A stretch of DNA of 64,000 nt from Embleya hyalina (GCF_003967355.1 NZ_BIFH01000051.1:42337-106336); one strand, 5' to 3'; shown: positions 20,532-30,192, counted from the first letter of the stretch. Numbers and translations are program-made. Notes: generated by a model not told the origin, from the letters alone.

Positions 20532-21182
20532 TCAGTGGATGGCGGCGGAAGGAATCGGTCGCCAGGTTTGTTCGTGGGGGATCGCCGTGCCCGGGGTGTG
20601 GCCGGCTTCGAGGTGGGTCAGGACGGATTCGATGTGGTGGCTTTGGCCGTCCGTGCGCATCGGGGCGATCTTCGCGGCGGCGAATTTGCGGATCGTGCTT
20701 GCGTCGGCGTCGGTCCACAGGCGGTCGGTGGCCAGGGCCAGGCGGTTCAGGACGTACTCGAACGTGGCGTGGGAGAACTGGAGTTCCGAGCCTGCCGGGG
20801 GTTCGAGCGTGGGGTGGGCGGTGAAGCCGCGGAGTTTGACCAAGGCGTCGGGCTCCGGGACGAGCCGGCCCTCCTCCGGGGGTTCGAGGGCTTCCAGGTA
20901 GGTCAGGCCGTTGCGCAGCCGCTGGGTGACGCCCTGCTCCGTGCGCTCCGAGACGCAGCGGCCGACGAGTTCGGCGCCGTTGAGGGCCAGGTGGGCGGCG
21001 GCGAGGTACTGGGACTGCGCCACCAACGACCCCGCCGCCGACACGAATTCGCGCAGCACGCCCGCCGTGTGGAGGTACTTGCAGGCGTAGGGCGAGATCC
21101 CGTAGCGGGCGGAGGCCGGTGCCCAGACCTCGGCCTCGCCTCGCGGCAGCGCGTGTCGGGTACGTCGGATCGATGGCTTCAT
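20532..21182 (-). CDS. Hypothetical protein (heme-oxygenase-like / iron-containing redox enzyme family candidate), about 217 aa
   Basis: GC3-biased ORF with an internal ATG. The function is uncertain. Confidence 0.45.
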   Translation of the reverse strand: MKPSIRRTRHALPRGEAEVWAPASARYGISPYACKYLHTAGVLREFVSAAGSLVAQSQYLAAAHLALNGAELVGRCVSERTEQGVTQRLRNGLTYLEALEPPEEGRLVPEPDALVKLRGFTAHPTLEPPAGSELQFSHATFEYVLNRLALATDRLWTDADASTIRKFAAAKIAPMRTDGQSHHIESVLTHLEAGHTPGTAIPHEQTWRPIPSAAIH

Positions 21183-21237
21183 GGCCTCATGGGTACCGCC
21201 GGCCCCGACCCCCGGACAACCGGATTTCGCCGCCGGA

Positions 21238-22437
21238 TCACTCGGCGGCCGGTTCGGCGGCAAGGTGGTGGGAGAGGAGGGGGATCGCGGCCAGGGATAC
21301 CGCCAGGGTCCCGGCGCCCGCCAGTTGCAGGGCTCCCGTACCGCCCAGGGCCGTTGCCGCCGGACCGCCCAACGCGGCGCCCGTCAGGTTGGCGGCGTTC
21401 AGGCCGGCGCTGGACGTGGCGAAGGCACGGCCCCGGGTCTCGGGTGGGACGCGGGCGTGGATCAGGTTGCGAATGGCCAGGTTGGCCAACACGTTGGCCA
21501 CACCCATCAGGACGAACATGGCCACGGCGACCGCGAACACCGCCGCCGTGGCGCTGATCAGCAGGCACCCGCCGGACAACGCCCCGGCACCGACCAGCAC
21601 CGCCGGCTGCCGGCCCACCGGGATCCGCCCGGCCCACAACGCGGCCGCCAGGAGCATGCCGGCCATGTGCGCGCTGACCAACCAGCCGTAGCCCGTGTCG
21701 TCGGCACCCAGGTCGTCCCGCACGAAGAACACCCGCGCCACGTTCAGGATCGCGGTGAACACCACCGCCACCGCAAGGGTCGGGATCGCCACCCGCAACA
21801 CCCGATCACCGCCGAGCACGCCGATCCCCTCGCGCACCTGGGCCGGCCACCCCGACCGGGACCGCCCGCCCGACACCGGCTCACGCCGGATCCGCAGCGC
21901 CACGAACGCCGCCGACATCACGGCGTAGGACACGACGTTCCCGAGCAGGATCACCCGATCACCGACCCCGGCGACCGCGAGGCCGGCCGCCGCCGGACCC
22001 GCCACATTGCCGACCGAGCGCAACGTCTCCATCCGTGCGTAGCCCCGCGCCGCCCCCTCGTCCCCGACGATCTCCGGCACGAGCAGTTGCAACGTCGGCG
22101 ACACCACCGCGAGCCCGGCCCCGAGCAACGCCAGGAGCACGATGACGCCGACCACATTCGTGGTGACCACCAACCCCAGCGCCACCACCGCCTGAAGCCC
22201 GGTCGCCACGACCACCAACCGGCCGCTCTCCACCCGGTCCACCAGCGGCGCGGCCAACGGCCCCACCACCACGATCGGCAACACGCCCGCCACGACGAGG
22301 GCCGAGATCACCGCGCCCGACCGCCCCTGATCATGTAATCGCAGGATCAGCACGACCATCGCCATCTGGTCCCCCATCGCGGACAACCCGTAGGCGGCGG
22401 CCACCACCGACAACACGACCTCGCGATTCCGGCTCAT
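21238..22437 (-). CDS. MFS transporter, about 400 aa
   Basis: 12 predicted TM helices. The real start is the internal ATG of a longer ORF. Confidence 0.8.
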   Translation of the reverse strand: MSRNREVVLSVVAAAYGLSAMGDQMAMVVLILRLHDQGRSGAVISALVVAGVLPIVVVGPLAAPLVDRVESGRLVVVATGLQAVVALGLVVTTNVVGVIVLLALLGAGLAVVSPTLQLLVPEIVGDEGAARGYARMETLRSVGNVAGPAAAGLAVAGVGDRVILLGNVVSYAVMSAAFVALRIRREPVSGGRSRSGWPAQVREGIGVLGGDRVLRVAIPTLAVAVVFTAILNVARVFFVRDDLGADDTGYGWLVSAHMAGMLLAAALWAGRIPVGRQPAVLVGAGALSGGCLLISATAAVFAVAVAMFVLMGVANVLANLAIRNLIHARVPPETRGRAFATSSAGLNAANLTGAALGGPAATALGGTGALQLAGAGTLAVSLAAIPLLSHHLAAEPAAE

Positions 22438-22576
22438 CCACGGATGTTGCCGGCCGCGGCCGACCCCGCCCAGAGCCGCCGGCGTGTTGCGGCCGAGGGA
22501 TTGACCGCTCCCGCGCACGATGTTGTCCGAGTGATCACTCGACGAGGACGGCAGTACGAAGACAGGAGCGACGAAC

Positions 22577-24013
22577 ATGGCGGAGCGCGCACACATCGGT
22601 GTCACCGGACTGGCCGTGATGGGCCGCAACCTGGCCCGCAACTTCGCCCGACACGGGCACACCGTCGCCGTGCACAACCGGACCTCGGCCAAGACCCGGG
22701 CCCTGGTCGACGAGTTCGGCCACGAGGGCACCTTCCTACCCGCCGACACCGCCGAGGAGTTCGTCACCCTGCTCGAACCACCCCGTCGCCTGGTGATCAT
22801 GGTCAAGGCCGGCGCTCCCACCGACGCGGTGATCGACGAGTTCGCCGCGCTCCTCGAACCCGGCGACATGATCGTCGACGGCGGCAACGCGCACTTCGCG
22901 GACACCCGCCGCCGCGAGGCCGCCCTGCGCGAGCGCGGGATCCACTTCGTCGGTACCGGCATCTCCGGCGGCGAGGAGGGCGCGCTGCTCGGCCCGAGCA
23001 TCATGCCGGGTGGCTCCCCCGAGTCGTACGCGGCGCTCGGTCCGATCCTGGAGGACATCGCCGCGAAGGTCGACGGCGTCCCGTGTTGCACGCACATCGG
23101 CCCGGACGGCGCCGGTCACTTCGTCAAGATGGTGCACAACGGCATCGAATACGCCGACATGCAGCTGATCGCCGAGGCGTACGACCTGCTCGGCCGCGCC
23201 GCCGGGCTGCGGCCGGCCGAGATCGCCGAGGTGTTCAAGGGCTGGAACTCCGGCCGCCTGGAGTCGTATCTGATCGAGATCACCGCCGAGGTGCTCGCAC
23301 ACACCGACGCGGACACCGGCCGGCCGTTCGTCGACGTGGTCCAGGACCGCGCCGAGCAGAAGGGCACCGGGCGCTGGACCGTACAGACCGCGCTGGACCT
23401 GGGAGTTCCGGTCAGCGGCATCGCCGAGGCGGTGTTCGCCCGCTCGCTGTCCGGCCACACCGACATCCGCGCGGCGGGCCGGGGCCTGCCCGGACCGACG
23501 CCCGGCACGCTCGACGGGGAGGCCGCGGCGCGCTTCGCCGACGACGTCGAGCAGGCGCTGTACGCGTCCAAGATCGTGGCGTACGCCCAGGGCATCCACC
23601 AGATCGAGGCGGGCAGCACCGAGTACGACTGGGCGATCGACCCGGGCAAGGTCGCCGAGATCTGGCGCGGCGGCTGCATCATCCGGGCCCGCTTCCTGAA
23701 CCGGATCCGCGAGGCGTACGACTCCCCGCGGCGGCCCGACTCGCTGCTGAGCGCCGAGTACTTCCGCGACGCGCTCGCCGGTGCCCAGGACGCGTGGCGT
23801 CGCGTGGTCGCCACGTCCGCCGAACTGGGCATCCCCGCACCGGGGTTCGCCGCCGCCCTCGCCTACTACGACGGCCTGCGCTCGCCGCGCCTGCCCGCCG
23901 CGCTGATCCAGGCCCAGCGCGACTTCTTCGGCGCGCACACCTACCGCCGGGTGGACCGCGACGGCTCCTTCCATACCGAGTGGTCCGGCGACCGCACGGA
24001 ACACGCGGTCTGA
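22577..24013 (+). CDS. gnd: 6-phosphogluconate dehydrogenase, decarboxylating
   Basis: Full-length match to the 6PGDH family (GLAVMGRNLA…, IGPDGAGHFVKMVHNGIEY…). Confidence 0.95.
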   Translation: MAERAHIGVTGLAVMGRNLARNFARHGHTVAVHNRTSAKTRALVDEFGHEGTFLPADTAEEFVTLLEPPRRLVIMVKAGAPTDAVIDEFAALLEPGDMIVDGGNAHFADTRRREAALRERGIHFVGTGISGGEEGALLGPSIMPGGSPESYAALGPILEDIAAKVDGVPCCTHIGPDGAGHFVKMVHNGIEYADMQLIAEAYDLLGRAAGLRPAEIAEVFKGWNSGRLESYLIEITAEVLAHTDADTGRPFVDVVQDRAEQKGTGRWTVQTALDLGVPVSGIAEAVFARSLSGHTDIRAAGRGLPGPTPGTLDGEAAARFADDVEQALYASKIVAYAQGIHQIEAGSTEYDWAIDPGKVAEIWRGGCIIRARFLNRIREAYDSPRRPDSLLSAEYFRDALAGAQDAWRRVVATSAELGIPAPGFAAALAYYDGLRSPRLPAALIQAQRDFFGAHTYRRVDRDGSFHTEWSGDRTEHAV

Positions 24014-24028
24014 CCGCGGTCGGCGAAC

Positions 24029-24058
24029 CCGGCGGGGACGGCCGTCCGTCCCCGCCGG
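24029..24058. terminator. Bidirectional hairpin (ccggcggggacgg-ccgt-ccgtccccgccgg)
   Basis: 13-bp GC stem between convergent gnd and deaminase genes. Confidence 0.6.
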
Positions 24059-24064
24059 AAGCCC

Positions 24065-24622
24065 TCACTCCCAACGCCCCGCCAACAACCGCGTCATCGC
24101 GCCCGTCAACGAGCCGCGCAACTGCCGCCGCACCGCCGGCGTCAGATGGCGCAGCCACAGGTGCGCCGCCCGATCACCCATCAACCCCACGCACAGCAGC
24201 GGATCCTCGAACAGGAACCCCGGGGCATGCCAGCTCATGCACGCGTCCGGATCGGGGTCCACGGCCGGCACGCGCCGGATGCCCACCGCGGCGAGCGCCG
24301 ACGCGCAGATCAGACAACACGCGCCGGCGGCGTCCTTGAACTCGCCCGTCTCCAGCGGTAGTCCGAGCATCCTGGCCTGATGCAGGCAGTCCATCTCGGC
24401 GTGTAGTCCACGCTTGGCGGAACCCTCGAAGATCCGTCGACCGAAGCTCATCACGCAGTCGGCCTCGACCCGCGCCGGCAGCCCCCGCCCGGACGACTCG
24501 ACCCGCTCGGCGGCGGTCCGCACCCACCCGACCCACTCGCCCGCGATCTTCGGCACGATCATGTCCGCGGGCGGCATCTGCGTTCGGCCGCCGGCAACCT
24601 TCGGACAGTACTCGCAGTGCAT
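24065..24622 (-). CDS. CMP/dCMP-type (CDA-fold) zinc deaminase domain protein, 185 aa
   Basis: Zn-binding motifs HAEMDCL … ACCLICASAL. RBS GGGGAGG lies 4 nt before the ATG. Confidence 0.65.
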   Translation of the reverse strand: MHCEYCPKVAGGRTQMPPADMIVPKIAGEWVGWVRTAAERVESSGRGLPARVEADCVMSFGRRIFEGSAKRGLHAEMDCLHQARMLGLPLETGEFKDAAGACCLICASALAAVGIRRVPAVDPDPDACMSWHAPGFLFEDPLLCVGLMGDRAAHLWLRHLTPAVRRQLRGSLTGAMTRLLAGRWE

Positions 24623-24770
24623 GGCGCCTCCCCAAAGACGACATGCCGAAAGCTAGCGTGGGCGGGGTCGACGCCACCAGCACAAGACCGGCCGAAACCC
24701 AGCGGAAACCCACCGGGACGAACACCGGGGACCGACTCCGGGGACGAAACGCCGGGGAAAAACACCGTTG

Positions 24771-24854
24771 TGCGGCCGAAGGGACTCGAACCCTCATATC
24801 CTCTCGGACGGCAGGACCTAAACCTGCTGCGTCAACCAATTGCGCCACGGCCGC
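24771..24854 (-). tRNA. tRNA-Leu (anticodon TAG), long variable arm
   Basis: Reverse complement GCGGCCGTGGCGCAATTGGTTGACGCAGCAGGTTTAGGTCCTGC…GGTTCGAGTCCCTTCGGCCGCA. The acceptor stem pairs and the anticodon loop is TTTAGGT. Confidence 0.8.
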
Positions 24855-25012
24855 GTACGACCGGCCCTCGCGACGATGCCCCGAGGCCGACCAGGGCTCA
24901 TGGTAGTGCCCCGAGCTGCGGCCGGCCGGCACATATCGGCCGCGACCAACCGTCCGGCCGGCACTCGGAACACACCACACCACCCCGAAACCAACCATCC
25001 GGCACCCGCGGC

Positions 25013-25615
25013 TCAGCCGCGCAGCCGCCCCGTCGCCCGGCGCGCCAACACCAGCGCACCGTCGCGCGTGGTCCCGCCGAGCCCCAGGACCGTTCGCGTA
25101 CTCAACCCCTCGAGCAGCGCCAGCAACTCGGACGCCGCCACCACCGGATCGTCGACGACGAGCACCCCCTTGGCCGCCCCCCGGGCCAACACCGCGGCCA
25201 GGTCCCGCTGCCACCCCAGGTCGATCTCGTCCTGCGCGGCCAGCAGTTCGGCGTTGCCCGCCGTCCGGGCCCACAGCTCCACCCAGAGCATCCAGCGCGG
25301 ATCGCGCGGACCGACGGGCAGGTACAGGTCCAGGAACAGGTCCAACTTACGATCGGCGGCGACCCGGCGGGCGAGCAACCGGGTGCGCTCCTCGGCCAGC
25401 CGGTCCTCGCTCCAGCGCAGCGCGGCCAGGAGCAGCTGATCCTTGCTGCCGAAGTAGTACAGGATGTGCCCGCCGCTGGTGCCCAGGCGCTCGGCCAGAC
25501 CGGACATGGTCAGCGCCGCCAGGCCGTTCTCGGCGATCGCCGCGACGGCCTCCTCCAGCATCCGGTCCTGCGCGATCCGACCGTCGCGCCGCCTCGTGGC
25601 CACCACCGATACCAC
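25013..25615 (-). CDS. TetR-family transcriptional regulator, 200 aa
   Basis: HTH …LEEAVAAIAENGLAALTMSGLAERLGTSGGHILYYFGSKDQLL. Confidence 0.9.
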   Translation of the reverse strand: MVSVVATRRRDGRIAQDRMLEEAVAAIAENGLAALTMSGLAERLGTSGGHILYYFGSKDQLLLAALRWSEDRLAEERTRLLARRVAADRKLDLFLDLYLPVGPRDPRWMLWVELWARTAGNAELLAAQDEIDLGWQRDLAAVLARGAAKGVLVVDDPVVAASELLALLEGLSTRTVLGLGGTTRDGALVLARRATGRLRG

Positions 25616-25680
25616 CTCTCGACCGCGCGACCACCCCGCCCGCGCAAGGGCTCGACCCTACTCCCCCGACGTCGCGAACC

Positions 25681-25784
25681 TTGAACGACGGTCAAATTCT
25701 CCCCCTCTTCGGCAGGAACTCTTGACACCCTCCCCCACCTCGGCGCACCTTGAGTGACGTTCAAAGTTCTTGAATGCCATTCAA
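25681..25784. promoter_or_regulatory. Three TTGAA(N)6-7TCAA-type palindromic operator candidates (ttgaacgacggtcaa; cttgagtgacgttcaag; cttgaatgccattcaag)
   Basis: Perfect 17-bp palindrome at about 25768-25784 plus two degenerate copies. They lie in the divergent region between tetR and the permease. Confidence 0.55.
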
Positions 25785-25843
25785 GCTTCGGCCGGGCCGC
25801 GCACCACGAACGACCGAGCCGCACACCACGAAGAGGAGGTCCG

Positions 25844-27298
25844 GTGTCCCTGCCCCACACGGACTCCGCAAGCGCCGCCCGAAGCGCCGCCCCGCACGAC
25901 ACCCCGAGCACCACCCCACCCGGCACCGGCGTCGCCTCCGACGAGCTGTTCCAGGTGGAGACGCACGGGATCGACCCGATCCCGGACCACGAGCGCCACG
26001 GCAGCGCCAGGGACGTCTTCTGGCTCTGGTTCGGCTCGAACCTCTCCTTCACCTTCGTGATCAACGGCACCCTCGCGGTGATGTTCGGGTTGTCGTTCGG
26101 GGCGGCGATCGCCGTCGTCGTGATCACCGGCTTCTCCTTCTTCGCGGTCGGCGCCCTCGGCCTCGCCGGCGTCCGCACCGGCACCGCGACCCTGGTGATC
26201 TCGCGCGCCGCGTTCGGCGTACACGGCAACTTCCCGGCCGGCCTGCTCAACTGGGTGGTCGGCATCGGATACACGATCTTGAACACCGTGGTCGGCACCT
26301 TCGCCCTCGAAGGGCTGTTCGCCGAGCTCGGCTGGGTCGGCGGCGACCTCGCCCGGGTGGTCGCGCTGGCGATCACCCTCTCGCTCACCTTCGCGGTGGC
26401 GATGTGGGGGCACGCCACCGTGCAGGCCGCGGAGCGCTGGATGGCCTACGTCCTGGGCATCGGCTTCGGCCTGCTGATCCTGTTCGTCGTCCCCGGCCTG
26501 AGGACCGGCGACGCGCCCGAGACCTCGAACACGTTCCACGCGATCTCGCTCGCCGTGCTCGTCCTGGTCGCCGGCCCGATCTCCTACCTGCCGATGCCCT
26601 CGGACTACACCCGCTACCTGCCCCGGGACACCTCGCTGCGCTCGATCACCCTGTGGGGCGCGGCCGGCGGAATGCTCTCCTCGGTGCTGCTCGGCGTACT
26701 CGGCGTGGCCGCGGCCACCCAGGCCGACATGACCGACCCGGTGGCGGGCGTGGCCGACCTGGTGCCCGGCTGGTTCGAGGCGCCGTTCCTGCTGCTCGTG
26801 GTGGGCGGCTCGATCACCAACTCGATCCTGACCCTGTACTCCTCCAGCCTGAACCTCCAGGTGCTGGGCATCCCGTGGTCGCGCGCCAAGGGCATCCTGG
26901 TCAGCACCGCGTTCATCCTGGTCGGCTCGTTGTGGGCGCTGTTCAACGGCAACTTCACCGACAACCTGACCAGCTTCCTGTCCGTGCTCGTGGTGGTCTT
27001 CGCGCCGTGGGGCGGCGTGTTCATCGCCGACACGCTGATGCGCCGCTGCCGCTACGACGCCGACGGCCTGCACGACATGCGCGGCGGTGCCTACTGGTAC
27101 ACCCGCGGCTTCCATCCCGCCGGGATGATCGCGCTCGGCGCCGGCATCGCCTTCGCCGCGCTGACCGCCGAGTCCGCGCTGTGGACCGGCGCCCTCGTGG
27201 AGACCTTCGACGGCGACTTCACGCTGCTCGGCGCGGTCGTCTCCGGTCTCGCCTACTGGGCCCTCGCCCGTCGCGAACCGCAGTTCGCCAAGCACTGA
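25844..27298 (+). CDS. NCS1-family purine-cytosine/nucleobase permease, about 484 aa
   Basis: RBS AAGAGGAGG precedes the GTG. 12 TM helices and the CodB-like pattern are present. Confidence 0.8.
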   Translation: MSLPHTDSASAARSAAPHDTPSTTPPGTGVASDELFQVETHGIDPIPDHERHGSARDVFWLWFGSNLSFTFVINGTLAVMFGLSFGAAIAVVVITGFSFFAVGALGLAGVRTGTATLVISRAAFGVHGNFPAGLLNWVVGIGYTILNTVVGTFALEGLFAELGWVGGDLARVVALAITLSLTFAVAMWGHATVQAAERWMAYVLGIGFGLLILFVVPGLRTGDAPETSNTFHAISLAVLVLVAGPISYLPMPSDYTRYLPRDTSLRSITLWGAAGGMLSSVLLGVLGVAAATQADMTDPVAGVADLVPGWFEAPFLLLVVGGSITNSILTLYSSSLNLQVLGIPWSRAKGILVSTAFILVGSLWALFNGNFTDNLTSFLSVLVVVFAPWGGVFIADTLMRRCRYDADGLHDMRGGAYWYTRGFHPAGMIALGAGIAFAALTAESALWTGALVETFDGDFTLLGAVVSGLAYWALARREPQFAKH

Positions 27299-27345
27299 AC
27301 CACCTCGCACCAGACCCCCATCGCACCACCCCTGGAGTTGTCACC

Positions 27346-28989
27346 GTGTCCCGCACCGCCGACCTGGTCCTGCGCAACGCGCTCATCCACACCGTCGACC
27401 CCGATCTGCCCGAGGCCGAGGCGCTGGCCGTCCGGGACGGGCGGATCGCCTGGGTGGGCGCGGACGCCGACGCGGCGGCCTGGATCGGTCCGGAGACCAC
27501 CGTGCTCGACGGCGCCGGGCGGCGGGTGCTGCCCGGCTTCATCGACGCGCACAACCACGTCCGGCTCGGTTCGGACGACGCCTGCGTACAACTGGCGGGG
27601 GCGCGCACGTTGGCCGACATCCACGAACGGATCGGCGCCTGGCTGGCGGCCAACCCGGACGCCGAGTGGGTCGAGGCCGAGGCGTTCGACTACTCGGCGA
27701 TCCCCGACGGACGCATGCCGCGCGCGAGCGACCTCGACCCGATCACCGGCGACGTGCCGGCCTTCGTGCTCAGCTACGACGTGCACACGGCGTGGCTCAA
27801 CAGCGCCGCGATCGAGCGGCTCGGCATCACCCGGGACAGCGACGTGCTGCCCTTCGGCCGGGTGGACAAGGACCCGGAGACGGGCGAACCGACGGGCTTC
27901 GTCAAGGACTTCGCGGTGCGCGGCCTCTCCCGTGACGGACATCGCGCGCTGCGGGACCTGGGCGTGCCGTGGGCCTCGGCCGACCGGCAGTACGGGCGGC
28001 TGGCCAAGAGCCTGGACGACGCGATCCGGTTCGGCATCACCACCGTGGTCGAGCCGCAGAACTCGCTCGACGACCTGGCGCTGTACACCCGGGCGCGGCA
28101 CGAGGGCCGGCTGCGCTCGCGGATCGTCGCGGCGCTGTTCCACCCGCGCGGCACCACCGACGCCGACCTGGACGAATTCGCCGCCGCGGCACGTGAGTTC
28201 GCCGACGACCGGCTGCGGGTGGGGCCGCTGAAGCTGTACATCGACGACGTGGTCGAGCCGCGCACCGCCGCGCTCCTGGAGCCGTATCGCGGGTGCGCCC
28301 GTCATCGGGGCGAGACGTTCTACCCGGCGGAGGAGTTCGCCGACCTGCTGGCGCGGCTGGACGGGCGGGGCTTCCAGTGTTTCGTGCACGCGACCGGCGA
28401 CCGGGGCATCCGCACCGTCCTGGACGCGGTCGAGCACGCCCGGGCGGTCAACGGCGAGCGCGACGCGCGGCACCAGGTGGTGCACGTGGAGTGCCTGGAC
28501 CCGGCGGACGTGTCCCGCTTCGCCGAGCTGGGCGTGGTGGCGTGCATGCAGCCCAGGCACTGCGCGCCGGAGATCGCCGGGCCGGGGCGGGACTGGGCGG
28601 AGAACGTCGGCGAGGAGCGCTGGCACAAGGCGTGGCCGATGCGGAGCCTGCGGGCCGCCGGGGCGGTCCTGGCGCTGTCCAGCGACTGGAACGTGGCCGA
28701 GATGGACCCGATGGTCGGCGTGTACACCGCGCTCACCCGCGCGCCGCTGGCGGGCGGGCCGGCCTGGATCCCGGAGGAGACGCTCGACGTGGAGGCCACG
28801 ATCCACGGCTACACGATGGGCTCGGCCTACGCGAACTTCCTGGAGCACGAGCGCGGGTCCCTGACGGTGGGCAAGCTCGCCGACTTCGTCGTGCTCTCAC
28901 GCGACATCATGCGGGTCGCTGCCGCGGAGATTCCGGGCACGGTCTGCGAGGTCGTCGCGGTCGGTGGCGAACTCGTGCACACGGCCTAG
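27346..28989 (+). CDS. Amidohydrolase-family metal-dependent hydrolase (amidohydrolase 3), 547 aa
   Basis: FIDAHNHV metal-binding HxH, …HATGDRG…, …SDWNV…. Confidence 0.8.
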   Translation: MSRTADLVLRNALIHTVDPDLPEAEALAVRDGRIAWVGADADAAAWIGPETTVLDGAGRRVLPGFIDAHNHVRLGSDDACVQLAGARTLADIHERIGAWLAANPDAEWVEAEAFDYSAIPDGRMPRASDLDPITGDVPAFVLSYDVHTAWLNSAAIERLGITRDSDVLPFGRVDKDPETGEPTGFVKDFAVRGLSRDGHRALRDLGVPWASADRQYGRLAKSLDDAIRFGITTVVEPQNSLDDLALYTRARHEGRLRSRIVAALFHPRGTTDADLDEFAAAAREFADDRLRVGPLKLYIDDVVEPRTAALLEPYRGCARHRGETFYPAEEFADLLARLDGRGFQCFVHATGDRGIRTVLDAVEHARAVNGERDARHQVVHVECLDPADVSRFAELGVVACMQPRHCAPEIAGPGRDWAENVGEERWHKAWPMRSLRAAGAVLALSSDWNVAEMDPMVGVYTALTRAPLAGGPAWIPEETLDVEATIHGYTMGSAYANFLEHERGSLTVGKLADFVVLSRDIMRVAAAEIPGTVCEVVAVGGELVHTA

Positions 28990-29464
28990 CGGCGGGCCGG
29001 TGGGGGGCGGGCCGGCCTGCGGCCCACCCGGCCTCGAGCGCCGGCCGGGCTGGGTGGCCTCAAGCGCCGGCCGGGCTGATCTACCCGGCCTCCGGCCGAG
29101 GCGGCCTCAAACGCCGGCCGGGCTGGATTTTGCTCGGCCCGCGTCTCAAGGTCGGCGCGAACCCACCCACGCGAATTCAGGCCGAGCCCACACCAGCCCG
29201 GCCGGCGCTTGAGGCCGCCCGACCGGACTCCGGGCAACCCAACCCAGCCCGGCCAGCGCCTGAGGCCACCCGCCCGGATTCAGGCCGAGCCGACACCAGC
29301 CCGGCCGGCGTTTGAGGCCGCCCGACCGGACTCCGGGCAACCCAACCCAGCCCGGCCGGCATCTGAGGCCACCCGCCCGGACTCAGGCCGAGCCGACATC
29401 AGCCTGGCCGGCGTTTGAGGCCGGTTGGGCAGGGTTCGGGCGGGTCGGGGGGCGTTGTGGGGGG
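28990..29464. repeat. Repeat-element cluster. Direct copies of the GGCCTCAA(A/G)CGCCGGCCGGGCTG element (about 29020-29130) are followed by about 2.5 tandem ~102-bp units (29176-29425) carrying the same element in inverted orientation.
   Basis: The reverse complement of cctcaagcgccggccgggctg is cagcccggccggcgcttgagg, which is present three times downstream. The cluster lies between convergent gene ends. Confidence 0.8.
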
Positions 29465-29941
29465 TCAGGGTGATTCGAGTTTGAGGTCCTTGAGGAGCTT
29501 GGCCACGTGGCCCGTGGCGCGGACGTTGTACAGCGCGCGTTCCAGCTTGCCGGTCTCGTCGACGATGAACGTGGAGCGGATCACGCCCTTGACCGTCTTG
29601 CCGTACATGGTCTTCTCGCCGAAGGCCCCGTACGCCTCCAGCGTGGCCTTGTCCGGGTCCGCCAGCAGGGTCACCCGCAGGTTCTCCTTCTCCCGGAACC
29701 TGCCCAGCTTCTCCGGCTTGTCCGGGGAGATGCCGAGCACGTCGTAGCCGGCCCCGGCCAGCAGGTCGAGGTTGTCGGTGAAGTCGCACGCCTGCTTGGT
29801 GCAGCCCGGGGTCAGCGCGGCCGGGTAGAAGTACACGATGACCTTGCGGCCCGCGTAGTCGGACAGCGAGACGGACTTGCCGTCGGCGTCGGACAGGGTG
29901 AAGGCGGGGGCGGTGTCGCCCGCCTGGAGGCGGTCGCTCAC
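29465..29941 (-). CDS. bcp: Thiol peroxidase Bcp (peroxiredoxin, bacterioferritin comigratory protein), 158 aa
   Basis: …FYPAALTPGCTKQACDF… peroxidatic Cys motif. RBS GAGGAG precedes the GTG. Confidence 0.85.
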   Translation of the reverse strand: MSDRLQAGDTAPAFTLSDADGKSVSLSDYAGRKVIVYFYPAALTPGCTKQACDFTDNLDLLAGAGYDVLGISPDKPEKLGRFREKENLRVTLLADPDKATLEAYGAFGEKTMYGKTVKGVIRSTFIVDETGKLERALYNVRATGHVAKLLKDLKLESP

Positions 29942-30192
29942 GAAGAACTCCTCGAATCGAATCGCTCGGCAACGCAACGTACGCCCGCAACGCTAGCGCC
30001 GCGGTCGGACCGATCCCGGCCCCGCGCCCCGAGCCGGCCGCGCGTCCCCGGGGCGCGTTCTTCGTCAAAGCAGGGCAAAAACCGACGCCCGGGCGCCCTT
30101 GTTGCCACCATCACCCAATTGCAACCCTTTTGCAGGTGCGGCCCGAGGTCATAGGATCCCTCCGCCGAATCCGGCATTTCGGGAGGGGCCAC

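Noticed and set aside
9835-24854. Possibility that the tRNA-Lys or tRNA-Leu genes mark an integrated genomic island
   Set aside because: No integrase, recombinase or direct repeat of the tRNA 3' end was found within the downstream regions. The flanking genes are ordinary chromosomal functions.
29942-30192. Cobalamin riboswitch upstream of cbiM
   Set aside because: No B12-box or GCCACTG core was found by eye. I retain it only as a negative observation to be tested with Infernal.
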